Shown here piece after piece: positions 1 to 8,897 of a stretch of DNA of 64,000 nucleotides. This stretch comes from an uncultured SAR86 cluster bacterium. Lineage in GTDB: Bacteria; Pseudomonadota; Gammaproteobacteria; Magnimaribacterales; D2472. Position 1 is the stretch's first letter. Each line of letters starts with the position of its first letter. The stretch is taken from NCBI GenBank assembly GCA_902591565.1, contig CACJBC010000002.1, forward strand, positions 12,114 to 76,113, given 5' to 3'. The position numbers and the translations under genes were made by a program. The notes beneath the pieces are model-generated. The model worked only from the letters and a program-made list of their open reading frames with translations, had not been told where the DNA came from and made no database searches.

Positions 1-387
<387 letters not shown>

Positions 388-398
388 GATTTATTAAT

Positions 399-695
399 AT
401 GGAACCAACACAACCTTCATTGTGGCCAACTTTTGTTATTTTTGGTGGTCTTTTTTTATTTATGTATTTTATGATTATAAGACCACAGAATAAGAGAAAT
501 GCTCAAATTAAAGATATGTTATCCAAGCTTGAAAAGGGCTCAGAAGTTATAGCTGCAAGCGGAATACTTGGTAAAGTGAAAGATATTAGTGGAGCTTATG
601 TATCAATTGAAATAAGTGACAATAATATTATAAAACTGCAAAAATCAGCAATTGCAAATATTTTGCCAAAAGGCACAATCGACGCTATAAAATAA
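399..695 (+). CDS. yajC: preprotein translocase subunit YajC
   Basis: 98 aa with a single N-terminal TM and the IIRPQNKR motif typical of YajC. AGGA lies 9 nt upstream. Position between tgt and secD fits. Confidence 0.85.
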   Translation: MEPTQPSLWPTFVIFGGLFLFMYFMIIRPQNKRNAQIKDMLSKLEKGSEVIAASGILGKVKDISGAYVSIEISDNNIIKLQKSAIANILPKGTIDAIK

Positions 696-701
696 TTAGC
701 C

Positions 702-2558
702 GTGAATAGGTTTTCTTTTTCTCAGTATTTATTAATTATCATTGTATTGGTATTGGGATTTATCTATGCATTACCTAACCTCTATCCGACTCAGCCATCT
801 ATTCAACTTGCTTATACAGATACTGGAAAGTCTGCTGATCAATCTTTGTTGAATGAAGTTCAAAGTACTCTTGATAAAAGAAATGTTGAGTATGATGAAA
901 TCCTTTTAAGAGATAATAAAATTGTTTTAAAATTTCAGAACATTGACCAACAGCTTGAATCAAAAACTATTCTCCAAAATAAACTTCTTGATAGAGTTAT
1001 TGTTGCTTTAAATCTTGAACCAACAACACCAGATTGGTTAAAAGACCTGGGAGGAAAACCTCTTAAACTTGGTTTAGATTTATCGGGAGGTGTTCATTTT
1101 CTACTTGAGGTTGATATTGATACAGCACAACAAGGAAGATTAGAGTTATTATTAGATACTTATAGAAAAACCTTTAAGGAAGAAAGACTGAAGGTTAATA
1201 GTTCATCAATTAAAGACTTGAAACTTCATTTTGCTTTTCAAGATCGTGAGAGTTACAACAAGGCTTTATCAAAGTACAAAACAGATAGCCCTGGTATAAA
1301 TGGGCTCCAGTATGTAATTACAGAAAGACCATCTTCTAATACATTATTGTTGGAATATTCTGATATTGCTCTTAGAGAAATAAGAGATTATGCTGTTGGA
1401 CAAAATTTAATTACTCTTAGAAACAGAGTTAATGAACTTGGTGTTTCTGAACCAATTGTTCAAAGGCAAGGTGCAAATCGAATTGTTGTTCAGCTTCCAG
1501 GAGTTCAAGATCCTACAGCTGCAAAAAAAATTATTGGTAAAACTGCAAATTTAGAGTTTCGACTTGAAGCCAATTCGAGAACATCACCGTTAAGAAAGGA
1601 AGAATTTAGTTTCAAGGACAATGAGTATGCAACTGCATCTTTGGAAAAAGCTGTTGTTGTAACAGGTGATAGAGTTACAAATGCGAACACTGGTTTTGAT
1701 GAAAGTGGCTTGTCTCAAGTAAATATCACACTTGATATGCAAGGCGGCAGGGCTATGCAAAAAGCAACGTCAGGAAATATTGGAAGAAGGCTAGCGGTTT
1801 TATTTGTTGAACAAAAAAGCAAATCAGAACTAATAACCGATGCAAATGGCAATAGCATAATTGTGCAAACATCATATATTGAAAAGAATATTATTAGTCT
1901 TGCTACCATTCAGGCAGTTCTAGGAACTAGCTTCAGAATTACAGGTGTAGGTTCACCACAAGAAGCAAGTGAACTAGCTTTACTATTAAGGGCTGGCGCT
2001 CTTGCAGCACCAATGAAATTTGTTGAGGAAAGAACCGTAGGACCAAGTCTTGGTAAAGAAAATATAGAATTAGGAATGAAATCTATTGTTATTGGATTAA
2101 CCTTAGTTGTTCTTTTTATGGCTTTTTATTATCGAGTGTTCGGCTTAGCAGCTAACGTTTCACTTTTTATCAATCTAGTTTTAATTACTGGAATAATGTC
2201 GCTCTTAGGTGCCACTTTAACTTTGCCAGGTATCGCAGGCATTGTCTTGACCGTTGGTATGGCAGTTGACGCTAACGTCTTAATTTTTGCAAGAATTAGA
2301 GAGGAACTTAAAGAGAAAGATCCTCAATCAGCAATAAGAGATGGTTTTTCTAGAGCTTTCATAACAATTCTTGATGCAAATATTACAACCCTAATTGCTG
2401 CGCTTATTTTGTATGTTATTGGCACGGGTCCAGTAAAAGGTTTTGCAATAACTCTTTCAATTGGAATTATTACTTCTATGTTTACAGCTATTATGTGTAC
2501 TAGGGCTATAGTAAATCTTGTGTATGGCAATAAAAATATTAAGGAATTAAAAATATAA
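702..2558 (+). CDS. secD: protein translocase subunit SecD
   Basis: 618 aa with an N-terminal TM, a large periplasmic domain and a C-terminal 6-TM block (GIAGIVLTVGMAVDANVLIFARIREE). GTG start; synteny with secF. Confidence 0.9.
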   Translation: MNRFSFSQYLLIIIVLVLGFIYALPNLYPTQPSIQLAYTDTGKSADQSLLNEVQSTLDKRNVEYDEILLRDNKIVLKFQNIDQQLESKTILQNKLLDRVIVALNLEPTTPDWLKDLGGKPLKLGLDLSGGVHFLLEVDIDTAQQGRLELLLDTYRKTFKEERLKVNSSSIKDLKLHFAFQDRESYNKALSKYKTDSPGINGLQYVITERPSSNTLLLEYSDIALREIRDYAVGQNLITLRNRVNELGVSEPIVQRQGANRIVVQLPGVQDPTAAKKIIGKTANLEFRLEANSRTSPLRKEEFSFKDNEYATASLEKAVVVTGDRVTNANTGFDESGLSQVNITLDMQGGRAMQKATSGNIGRRLAVLFVEQKSKSELITDANGNSIIVQTSYIEKNIISLATIQAVLGTSFRITGVGSPQEASELALLLRAGALAAPMKFVEERTVGPSLGKENIELGMKSIVIGLTLVVLFMAFYYRVFGLAANVSLFINLVLITGIMSLLGATLTLPGIAGIVLTVGMAVDANVLIFARIREELKEKDPQSAIRDGFSRAFITILDANITTLIAALILYVIGTGPVKGFAITLSIGIITSMFTAIMCTRAIVNLVYGNKNIKELKI

Positions 2559-3472
2559 TGAATTTTAAATTTCAATTTATGAAATATAGAAAGATTGCTG
2601 GCATAGCATCACTTATTATCTTTTTAGTTTCAGTTCTTTCACTATCTTTTCGTGGACTTAGCCTAGGACTAGATTTTAGTGGCGGAACATTAGTCGAGAT
2701 AACCTATGAAAATCCTGTAAATTTAGAATTAATCAGAGAGACTTTGGTAATAAACGGTTTTGAGGATTCTCAGGTGGTTAATTTTGGAACAAACTTGGAT
2801 GTTCTAATTAAGGTAGCTGATCAAAATGGTAATAGTTCTATTGGCGATTCTGTTTATAGCTTACTTAATAGCAATGGCTTTGTCGGGGAGCTAAAAAGAG
2901 TTGAATTTGTTGGACCTCAAGTTGGAGCCGAATTAAGAGATCAAGGCGGTCTAGGAATGTTAGTAGCCTTATTTATGATACTCATGTATGTAGCATTCAG
3001 ATTTCAGTATAAATTTGCTTTGGGTGCAGTTACGGCTTTAGGTCATGATGTTGTCATAATATTGGGTTTATTTTCTATCTTTGCTTGGGATTTTGATTTA
3101 ACAGTATTAGCAGCACTATTAGCTGTTATCGGTTACTCATTGAATGACACTATAGTAGTTTCAGACAGAATTAGGGAAAATTTTAGAACTCAAAGAGAAA
3201 TGGATCCTCAAGCAATGATTGACTTATCTCTCAATCAAACATTAGGAAGAACAATCGTTACATCATTAACAACCTTGCTAGTTTTATTCGCATTGTTCAT
3301 CTTTGGTGGAGAAATGATAAAAGGTTTTAGTCTTGCATTAATACTAGGTGTATTGGTTGGAACATATTCATCAATATATGTTGTTGCTAATATGCTTATG
3401 TCTCTTACATTGATTCAAGATGATTTAGCTATACCTGAACCTGAAGGTGCAGATTTTGATGAGTTACCTTAA
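2558..3472 (+). CDS. secF: protein translocase subunit SecF
   Basis: 304 aa with LDFSGGTLVEI and IGYSLNDTIVVSDRIRENF motifs. The start overlaps the secD stop (ATAATG). Confidence 0.9.
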   Translation: MNFKFQFMKYRKIAGIASLIIFLVSVLSLSFRGLSLGLDFSGGTLVEITYENPVNLELIRETLVINGFEDSQVVNFGTNLDVLIKVADQNGNSSIGDSVYSLLNSNGFVGELKRVEFVGPQVGAELRDQGGLGMLVALFMILMYVAFRFQYKFALGAVTALGHDVVIILGLFSIFAWDFDLTVLAALLAVIGYSLNDTIVVSDRIRENFRTQREMDPQAMIDLSLNQTLGRTIVTSLTTLLVLFALFIFGGEMIKGFSLALILGVLVGTYSSIYVVANMLMSLTLIQDDLAIPEPEGADFDELP

Positions 3473-4266
3473 AGGGTAAAATAAGGCTTTACTGATTTAA
3501 GCACTGATTTATAAACTTTAGGCGATGAGCAAATAAAATGATCACCATCTAAATATTTAGGATCTCCATTAAAATTACTTATCAGCGCTCCTGACTCCTG
3601 TGCAATAAGAAGACCAGCTGCTACATCCCAAAGTTTTATTCCATAAGCCCATGTCGCATCAATTCTTCCTGATGATATGTATGCAAGATCCAAAGCAATA
3701 GAACCTGAAGTTCTTAAAGATAGGTCTTGATTAGCAATTTCCTTATAGGTTTTATCGAAATCATATTTATAATCTTTTTTTGTGCCATCATTTTTAAAAA
3801 ATGAGATAACAGCCTCAGATAAACCTTGTTGCTTACTAACTCTTATTTTTCCATTGTTTAAAGTTGCTCCAGAGCCCTTGGAGGCACAAAATTCTTCTCT
3901 TCTAATTGGATCAATAATAACTGCTGTAGTTGGAACTTCATCTATAAGAGAGCATAAGGATAAAGCAAAATGAGGATAACCATTGATAAAATTTGTTTCT
4001 CCATCAATTGCTTTTAAAACCCAAGTAATATTTGAATTATTAATCTCTGAACCAGACTCAGCACCTAAAAAATTATCTTCAGGATAAAATTTTCTTATTT
4101 CATCAATAACAATACCCTCAACCCTTCTAATAATTGCTTTTAAATAACCATTTGGGCCACCCTTAGATGTATCTAAGTTGTGCACTTTTTTTACTGCAAA
4201 CTCAAGTTCACTAGCACCTTTTCTGGCAGCAATTTGGTTAACATTTAATAAAGCTTGTATTGACAT
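3469..4266 (-). CDS. suhB: inositol monophosphatase family protein (SuhB-like) with an atypical metal-binding motif
   Basis: Aligns by eye with E. coli SuhB from the internal ATG at 4266 (MSIQALLNVNQIAARKG...; GAESGSE; WDVAAG). The longer ORF to 4524 would overlap trmJ. The gene is divergent from trmJ as in E. coli. The DPxDGT motif reads KAIDGE (see findings). Confidence 0.8.
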   Translation of the reverse strand: MSIQALLNVNQIAARKGASELEFAVKKVHNLDTSKGGPNGYLKAIIRRVEGIVIDEIRKFYPEDNFLGAESGSEINNSNITWVLKAIDGETNFINGYPHFALSLCSLIDEVPTTAVIIDPIRREEFCASKGSGATLNNGKIRVSKQQGLSEAVISFFKNDGTKKDYKYDFDKTYKEIANQDLSLRTSGSIALDLAYISSGRIDATWAYGIKLWDVAAGLLIAQESGALISNFNGDPKYLDGDHFICSSPKVYKSVLKSVKPYFTL

Positions 4267-4303
4267 GTCGCTATTGTAATGGAAATGGAGATAATAGGCA
4301 TAT

Positions 4304-5029
4304 ATGAGTTTCAAAAGTAATTTAATTAATATTGTTCTGGTGGAAACATCCCATCCAGGTAATATTGGCTCTGTTGCTCGAGCAATGAAAACTATGGGAC
4401 TCTCAAGTTTATCTCTAGTTAATCCAAGAAAATTTCCTTCTGGCGAAGCCAATGCGCTATCAGGTAATGCTGGAGATGTTTTAGAGAATGCAAAAGTCTT
4501 TAATTCAATTGAAGATGCCATCAAAGACAGTACTTTTGTTTATGCTACTTCCTCTAGAAGTAGAACCATTCAATGGCCAACAGTTCATGCTGAGGAGGGC
4601 GCATCGATAATTAACTCTCAGGTTACATCAAATAAAAAAGTGTCTATTTTATTTGGACGTGAGGATAGGGGTCTTACAAATGACGAACTTCAGCTTGCAA
4701 ATACTCATATTGAAATTCCTGCAAATCCTGAATATCCAGTATTAAATCTAGCAATGTCAGCACAAATAGTATGTTACGAAATATTTAAATCTCATTTTAA
4801 TCAAGAGCCAAGAGATTGGCATGATTATCCAGAAGTGGACTCTGAAAATCTCCAAATGCTAATAGATCATTTTATTGAAACAGCAGTTAATATAGATGTT
4901 ATTCATCCAGATAATCCAAAAAAGATTATTTCAAGAATTAAACGAATGTTCTCAAGGCTTCATCCAGACGAAATGGAAACAAGTTTTATGAGAGGGTTTC
5001 TTGCAGCTATAAATAAGAAGCTAAAATAA
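4304..5029 (+). CDS. trmJ: tRNA (cytidine/uridine-2'-O)-methyltransferase TrmJ (SpoU/TrmH family)
   Basis: NIVLVETSHPGNIGSVARAMKTMG and LFGREDRGLTNDEL SPOUT motifs; divergent partner of suhB. Confidence 0.8.
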   Translation: MSFKSNLINIVLVETSHPGNIGSVARAMKTMGLSSLSLVNPRKFPSGEANALSGNAGDVLENAKVFNSIEDAIKDSTFVYATSSRSRTIQWPTVHAEEGASIINSQVTSNKKVSILFGREDRGLTNDELQLANTHIEIPANPEYPVLNLAMSAQIVCYEIFKSHFNQEPRDWHDYPEVDSENLQMLIDHFIETAVNIDVIHPDNPKKIISRIKRMFSRLHPDEMETSFMRGFLAAINKKLK

Positions 5030-5041
5030 TAATTAATTACT

Positions 5042-5069
5042 TTGCTAATTGCTTCTGATTCCATATAAT
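5042..5069 (+). promoter_or_regulatory. candidate sigma70 promoter for tRNA-Glu (TTGCTA-16-TATAAT)
   Basis: TTGCTA at 5042-5047 and TATAAT at 5064-5069, 14 nt before the mature tRNA 5' end. Based on hexamers only. Confidence 0.35.
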
Positions 5070-5083
5070 ACGTCTCGCATCAC

Positions 5084-5159
5084 GTCCCGTTCGTCTAGAG
5101 GCCTAGGACACCGGGTTTTCATCTCGGCAACAGGGGTTCGACTCCCCTACGGGATGCCA
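5084..5159 (+). tRNA. tRNA-Glu (anticodon UUC)
   Basis: 76 nt, GTCCCGTTCGTCTAGAGGCCTAGGACA...GGTTCGACTCCCCTACGGGATGCCA. Cloverleaf with anticodon stem CCGGG/CTCGG, loop TTTTCAT, encoded CCA. Close to E. coli tRNA-Glu. Confidence 0.93.
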
Positions 5160-5168
5160 ATTTACTAT

Positions 5169-5195
5169 AAAGCCCACAATAGTGGGCTTTTTTTA
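5169..5195 (+). terminator. rho-independent terminator after tRNA-Glu
   Basis: AAAGCCCAC-aata-GTGGGCTTT followed by a T-run. Confidence 0.7.
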
Positions 5196-5266
5196 TGGTC
5201 TATGTGTCCATAGCATCTCTGTATGTAAAATTTATTTTGACAAACCATTATGGCATTATTATTAGT

Positions 5267-5689
5267 ATGTTTTTTCTAAAGATACTTGATAAATTAGGAC
5301 GAAAAAGAGTTGTGATGGATAGAGGACCATCACATCCAGAATACCACTTAGCTAAACCATGGACTAACAGGTATTATTTACTATTCAGAAAAAGACCGAA
5401 ATGGTTTCCATTCAATATATTTATTAATCATATTATAGATAATGACCATGGCGTTGGACTTCATAATCATCCTTGTCCATATATTACAATTATTTTAAGT
5501 GGTGGGTATTGGGAGACAAACATTAAAAAAGAAAAAAAATGGCGTGGAAAGTTTTATGTAGGCTTTAGAAGTGCTGACAATTTACACCGTGTTGACTTAG
5601 AACCAGGTATTAAGCCAATCACAATTTATATTGCTGGTCCTTTCGGACTGAGAAAAAAAGGAAGAAGTGCATATGGGATATGGAAATAA
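5267..5689 (+). CDS. hypothetical small cupin-like protein
   Basis: The ORF 5195-5689 begins inside the tRNA terminator, so an internal ATG (5267, or 5315) is more likely. HGVGLHNHPCPYITIILSGGYWE plus a later LHRV resembles the two-motif cupin metal site. Family not recognised. Confidence 0.5.
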   Translation: MFFLKILDKLGRKRVVMDRGPSHPEYHLAKPWTNRYYLLFRKRPKWFPFNIFINHIIDNDHGVGLHNHPCPYITIILSGGYWETNIKKEKKWRGKFYVGFRSADNLHRVDLEPGIKPITIYIAGPFGLRKKGRSAYGIWK

Positions 5690-5696
5690 TTTTTTA

Positions 5697-7025
5697 ATGA
5701 TTAAACCCTTATTTCTAATTTTATTTTTTTATTTAGCAACTTACACTCAAGCAGATTTACATAATGCGCTAATTGAAACATATAAAACTTCGAGCAATAA
5801 AAATCTAATCAAAATTGTTATAAAAGATAATATTGATATAAAAGGTAAAGTTACATCAGCGGGTTCTTTGGCTTTATCAAGCAATACTGCAAAAAAAAAT
5901 GCATTTATCATTGATAAACTTATTAATGCCAACTACCACATTTATGGAAAAGCTAATCTTTCTGAATGGGCAAATTTTAGGTCAATAAATTCTGTTAGTG
6001 GTTGGTCGAGTATAAATGGACAGACAACACATCCATTAAATTCTAAATATAATCCTTGCGGTTCTAGTTCTGGTTCTGCTGTTGCTGTTGCAACTGGCAT
6101 TGTTGATATAGCTATCGGAACTGAAACAAATGGTTCAATTTCATGTCCGGCTTCGATAGTTGGAATAGTTGGTATGAAGCCTACCTTAGGGCTCGTTAGC
6201 AGATCAGGAATAATTCCTATAGCTGATTCTCAAGATACTGCTGGACCAATGGGTAATTCAGTAGAAATAGTTGCCAAGACTCTGCAAGTTATCTCAGGAC
6301 CGGATCCAATGGATATAAAAACTCAACTTATACCAAATAATTTTGATTTTAATTTTGTAGAAAATATAAAACAGAATAATTTAAATGGAATACGTTTTGG
6401 TCTCTTAAATTCTGGCTTTGATAATAAATATGGCAAAAGATTTTTAAATCAATTAATTAATGATGTAAGTAAGCTTGGTGGAGAGATTGTTTTAATTGAG
6501 GATAATAGAGAGTATCCCTCCGAGGAAGAATACTTAGTTTTACTATATGAATTTAAATATGGGTTAGAAAGTTATCTTGCACAGTCATCAGAACCCAAAA
6601 AGACTCTTCAAAAAATTATTGATTACAATAATGACTATTCTGAGCAAATAATGCCTTTTTTTGGTCAAGAAATATTTTATGCTTCTTTAGATGCTGCTAA
6701 AAAACATGATGAATATCTTTCAGCAAAGAATGTTTTAAAGAAGGCTACAAATCAAACCATTACTTTAATGGAAGAATATAAAATCGATGCTTTTATTGGT
6801 CTCACAAGAGGTCCAGCATGGAAGATTGATTATGAGGGTGGAGATGGAGCTGCTATTGCAGATGGATTGTCTTTTGGAAATGGTGGATATGCTGCTTTTG
6901 GGGGATTGCCTCATATAACTATTCCTTATTTTAAAATTGATAATTATCCAGTAGGCATATCTATAATTGGTAGACCATGGTCGGATAAAGAAATAATTGG
7001 TTTTGCTGCAGCTCTAGAAAAATAG
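5697..7025 (+). CDS. amidase (amidase-signature family), exported
   Basis: CGSSSGSAVAVATG Ser-rich AS signature and KDNIDIKG lysine region. ATG 5697 gives a signal-peptide-like N-terminus (MIKPLFLILFFYLATYTQA) and avoids overlap with the upstream gene. Confidence 0.8.
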   Translation: MIKPLFLILFFYLATYTQADLHNALIETYKTSSNKNLIKIVIKDNIDIKGKVTSAGSLALSSNTAKKNAFIIDKLINANYHIYGKANLSEWANFRSINSVSGWSSINGQTTHPLNSKYNPCGSSSGSAVAVATGIVDIAIGTETNGSISCPASIVGIVGMKPTLGLVSRSGIIPIADSQDTAGPMGNSVEIVAKTLQVISGPDPMDIKTQLIPNNFDFNFVENIKQNNLNGIRFGLLNSGFDNKYGKRFLNQLINDVSKLGGEIVLIEDNREYPSEEEYLVLLYEFKYGLESYLAQSSEPKKTLQKIIDYNNDYSEQIMPFFGQEIFYASLDAAKKHDEYLSAKNVLKKATNQTITLMEEYKIDAFIGLTRGPAWKIDYEGGDGAAIADGLSFGNGGYAAFGGLPHITIPYFKIDNYPVGISIIGRPWSDKEIIGFAAALEK

Positions 7026-7052
7026 ACTATATTAGTAAAAAAGGAGTAAATA

Positions 7053-8060
7053 ATGGAAAAAGTTTTAGTCACAGGTGCAACTGGATATATTGGGCTTCAT
7101 TGTATTGATCAGTTATTAAAACAGGGATATGCAGTTAACGGATCTATTAGATCACCTGAAAGAGAAGAAGAAGTTTTTCAAGCTCTTCAAAAGAATAATA
7201 CTTCTACTGAACATTTAAATCTTTTTACTTTTAACTTAACTGATGATGAGGGATGGGATGAGGGTATAGCCGGTTGTGATTATTTATTACATGTTGCTTC
7301 ACCAATCTCAATTTCTACTAAGGACGAGGAATTTTTTGTCGGGCCAGCAGTAGCTGGAGTAAATAGAGCTATGAAGTTTGCTCAAAAGCACAACCTAAAA
7401 AAAGTTGTTTTAACCTCATCTGTTGCTGCAATTTTTGAAACCACTGTTTTAAAACAATACTATGATGAAAGCGACTGGTCAGATCCAAATAAAAAATCAA
7501 TCAACCACTATGCTAAGAGCAAAACTTTGGCAGAAATGGCAGCATGGGATTTTATTAAAGAAGAAGATAACCCTTTTGAGTTAGCAGTAATTAATCCAGC
7601 TCTAGTAATTGGCCCATCATTATCAGGAGATTTAGGCGAATCAAATAAAGCTATTGAAATGGTTGTTACGGGAAGAATGCCTGTTTCTGTTCCTTTGCAA
7701 TTTGGCTATGTTGATGTGCGAGATGTAGCTGCAGCTCATATTTTAGCAATGCAGAATCCAGAAAGTAATGGAAAAAGATTTGCCTTGTCTGAGAAAGACT
7801 TATGGTACAAAGATGTTGCCAAGCTTCTGAGAACAAATGGATATAAGAAGGCTCCTAAAATTAATATTCCTGCATGGATAACACCTGTTTTAGCAAAATT
7901 TAATGAAGAGCTAAAGTTTTCTTTACCATTTATTGGAAGGGTAAGAAGTGTTAAATATGCTACCAATGCAAAAGATATCCTTGGTTGGAATCCGCGACCC
8001 GCAGAGGATTCAATATTAGAAGTAGCTAAACAAATAGAAGACTTAGATGGCGCTAAATAA
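7053..8060 (+). CDS. NAD(P)-dependent extended SDR (dihydroflavonol/cinnamoyl-CoA/aldehyde reductase-like)
   Basis: VTGATGYIGLH Rossmann motif, YAKSK catalytic YxxxK, and AGGAG SD 8 nt upstream. Confidence 0.8.
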   Translation: MEKVLVTGATGYIGLHCIDQLLKQGYAVNGSIRSPEREEEVFQALQKNNTSTEHLNLFTFNLTDDEGWDEGIAGCDYLLHVASPISISTKDEEFFVGPAVAGVNRAMKFAQKHNLKKVVLTSSVAAIFETTVLKQYYDESDWSDPNKKSINHYAKSKTLAEMAAWDFIKEEDNPFELAVINPALVIGPSLSGDLGESNKAIEMVVTGRMPVSVPLQFGYVDVRDVAAAHILAMQNPESNGKRFALSEKDLWYKDVAKLLRTNGYKKAPKINIPAWITPVLAKFNEELKFSLPFIGRVRSVKYATNAKDILGWNPRPAEDSILEVAKQIEDLDGAK

Positions 8061-8802
8061 TTCCTGGAATAATAGCCTTTCTATTTTTAGGATAGTCTGA
8101 AAATTTATTTTGATACCATTTGTGGTGAGCAAACGCTCTTGGAACTAAATTAGCAATTGTCCATAAGGCAAATACAACCCCTGAGATACTCCAAGTAAGA
8201 ATAGCCCAACCTATCCATTCAATAATTTCACCAAAATAATTAGGCGATGATATATATTTATGAAGAAATTTTTTGGGTATGTGGTATCCAGGTCCATTTT
8301 CTTTACGCATAGAAATAATCAAATAATCAGATTTAATATTGATGAACATACCAATGAAAAATATGATTACTCCTATTAAAAATGCTGTACTAACAATCCA
8401 GTTTTCAGGATACTCAGTAAAATAATAAATTCCAATAGCTTGAATGTTTACATTAATTATATTGAAGAAAAATGCGGATGCAGCAATACTTATTGGCATT
8501 TTTGGATTAGTTAAGTCTATTAAAAATGGATAAATAAAAGATCTGTGTACATAGTGTAAAAGCCAAAGCAATAAAAAAATTTCATGTACTAGCAATAATT
8601 TATCTTTCATCAAAAACCCATAGATAATAATTAAAATCACACAAGGTGACTCCATAATTACCCAGCCAACCCTCGCTGAAATGCTTTTACCCCATCCTTG
8701 TTGCATATGACGACCATATGGGGCATTTACAAAGAATAAATAGATAAAAGTTACAGAAGCAACTAAAACCCAAAATAGAATGAATATATAAAAATAATTC
8801 AT
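8053..8802 (-). CDS. 3-oxo-5-alpha-steroid 4-dehydrogenase (steroid 5-alpha-reductase) family membrane protein
   Basis: Polytopic membrane protein. Its C-terminus NYFGEIIEWIGWAILTWS...HHKWYQNKFSDYPKNRKAIIPGII aligns closely with my memory of the eukaryotic SRD5A C-terminus (NYFGEIMEWCGYAL...HHEWYLRKFEEYPKFRKIIIPFLF). Start taken at ATG 8802. Confidence 0.8.
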   Translation of the reverse strand: MNYFYIFILFWVLVASVTFIYLFFVNAPYGRHMQQGWGKSISARVGWVIMESPCVILIIIYGFLMKDKLLLVHEIFLLLWLLHYVHRSFIYPFLIDLTNPKMPISIAASAFFFNIINVNIQAIGIYYFTEYPENWIVSTAFLIGVIIFFIGMFINIKSDYLIISMRKENGPGYHIPKKFLHKYISSPNYFGEIIEWIGWAILTWSISGVVFALWTIANLVPRAFAHHKWYQNKFSDYPKNRKAIIPGII

Positions 8803-8897
8803 AACATTTATTTGAACATGGTGTGAAAATTTTTCAACATATTTAAGTTTACAGCTTAACAATGAAATCATAAACTCTATAAAGGAGTTGTCTAAAC

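Noticed and set aside
4267-4524. N-terminal 86-codon extension of the suhB ORF
   Set aside because: It would overlap trmJ by more than 200 nt on the opposite strand. The homology to SuhB starts at the internal ATG at 4266.
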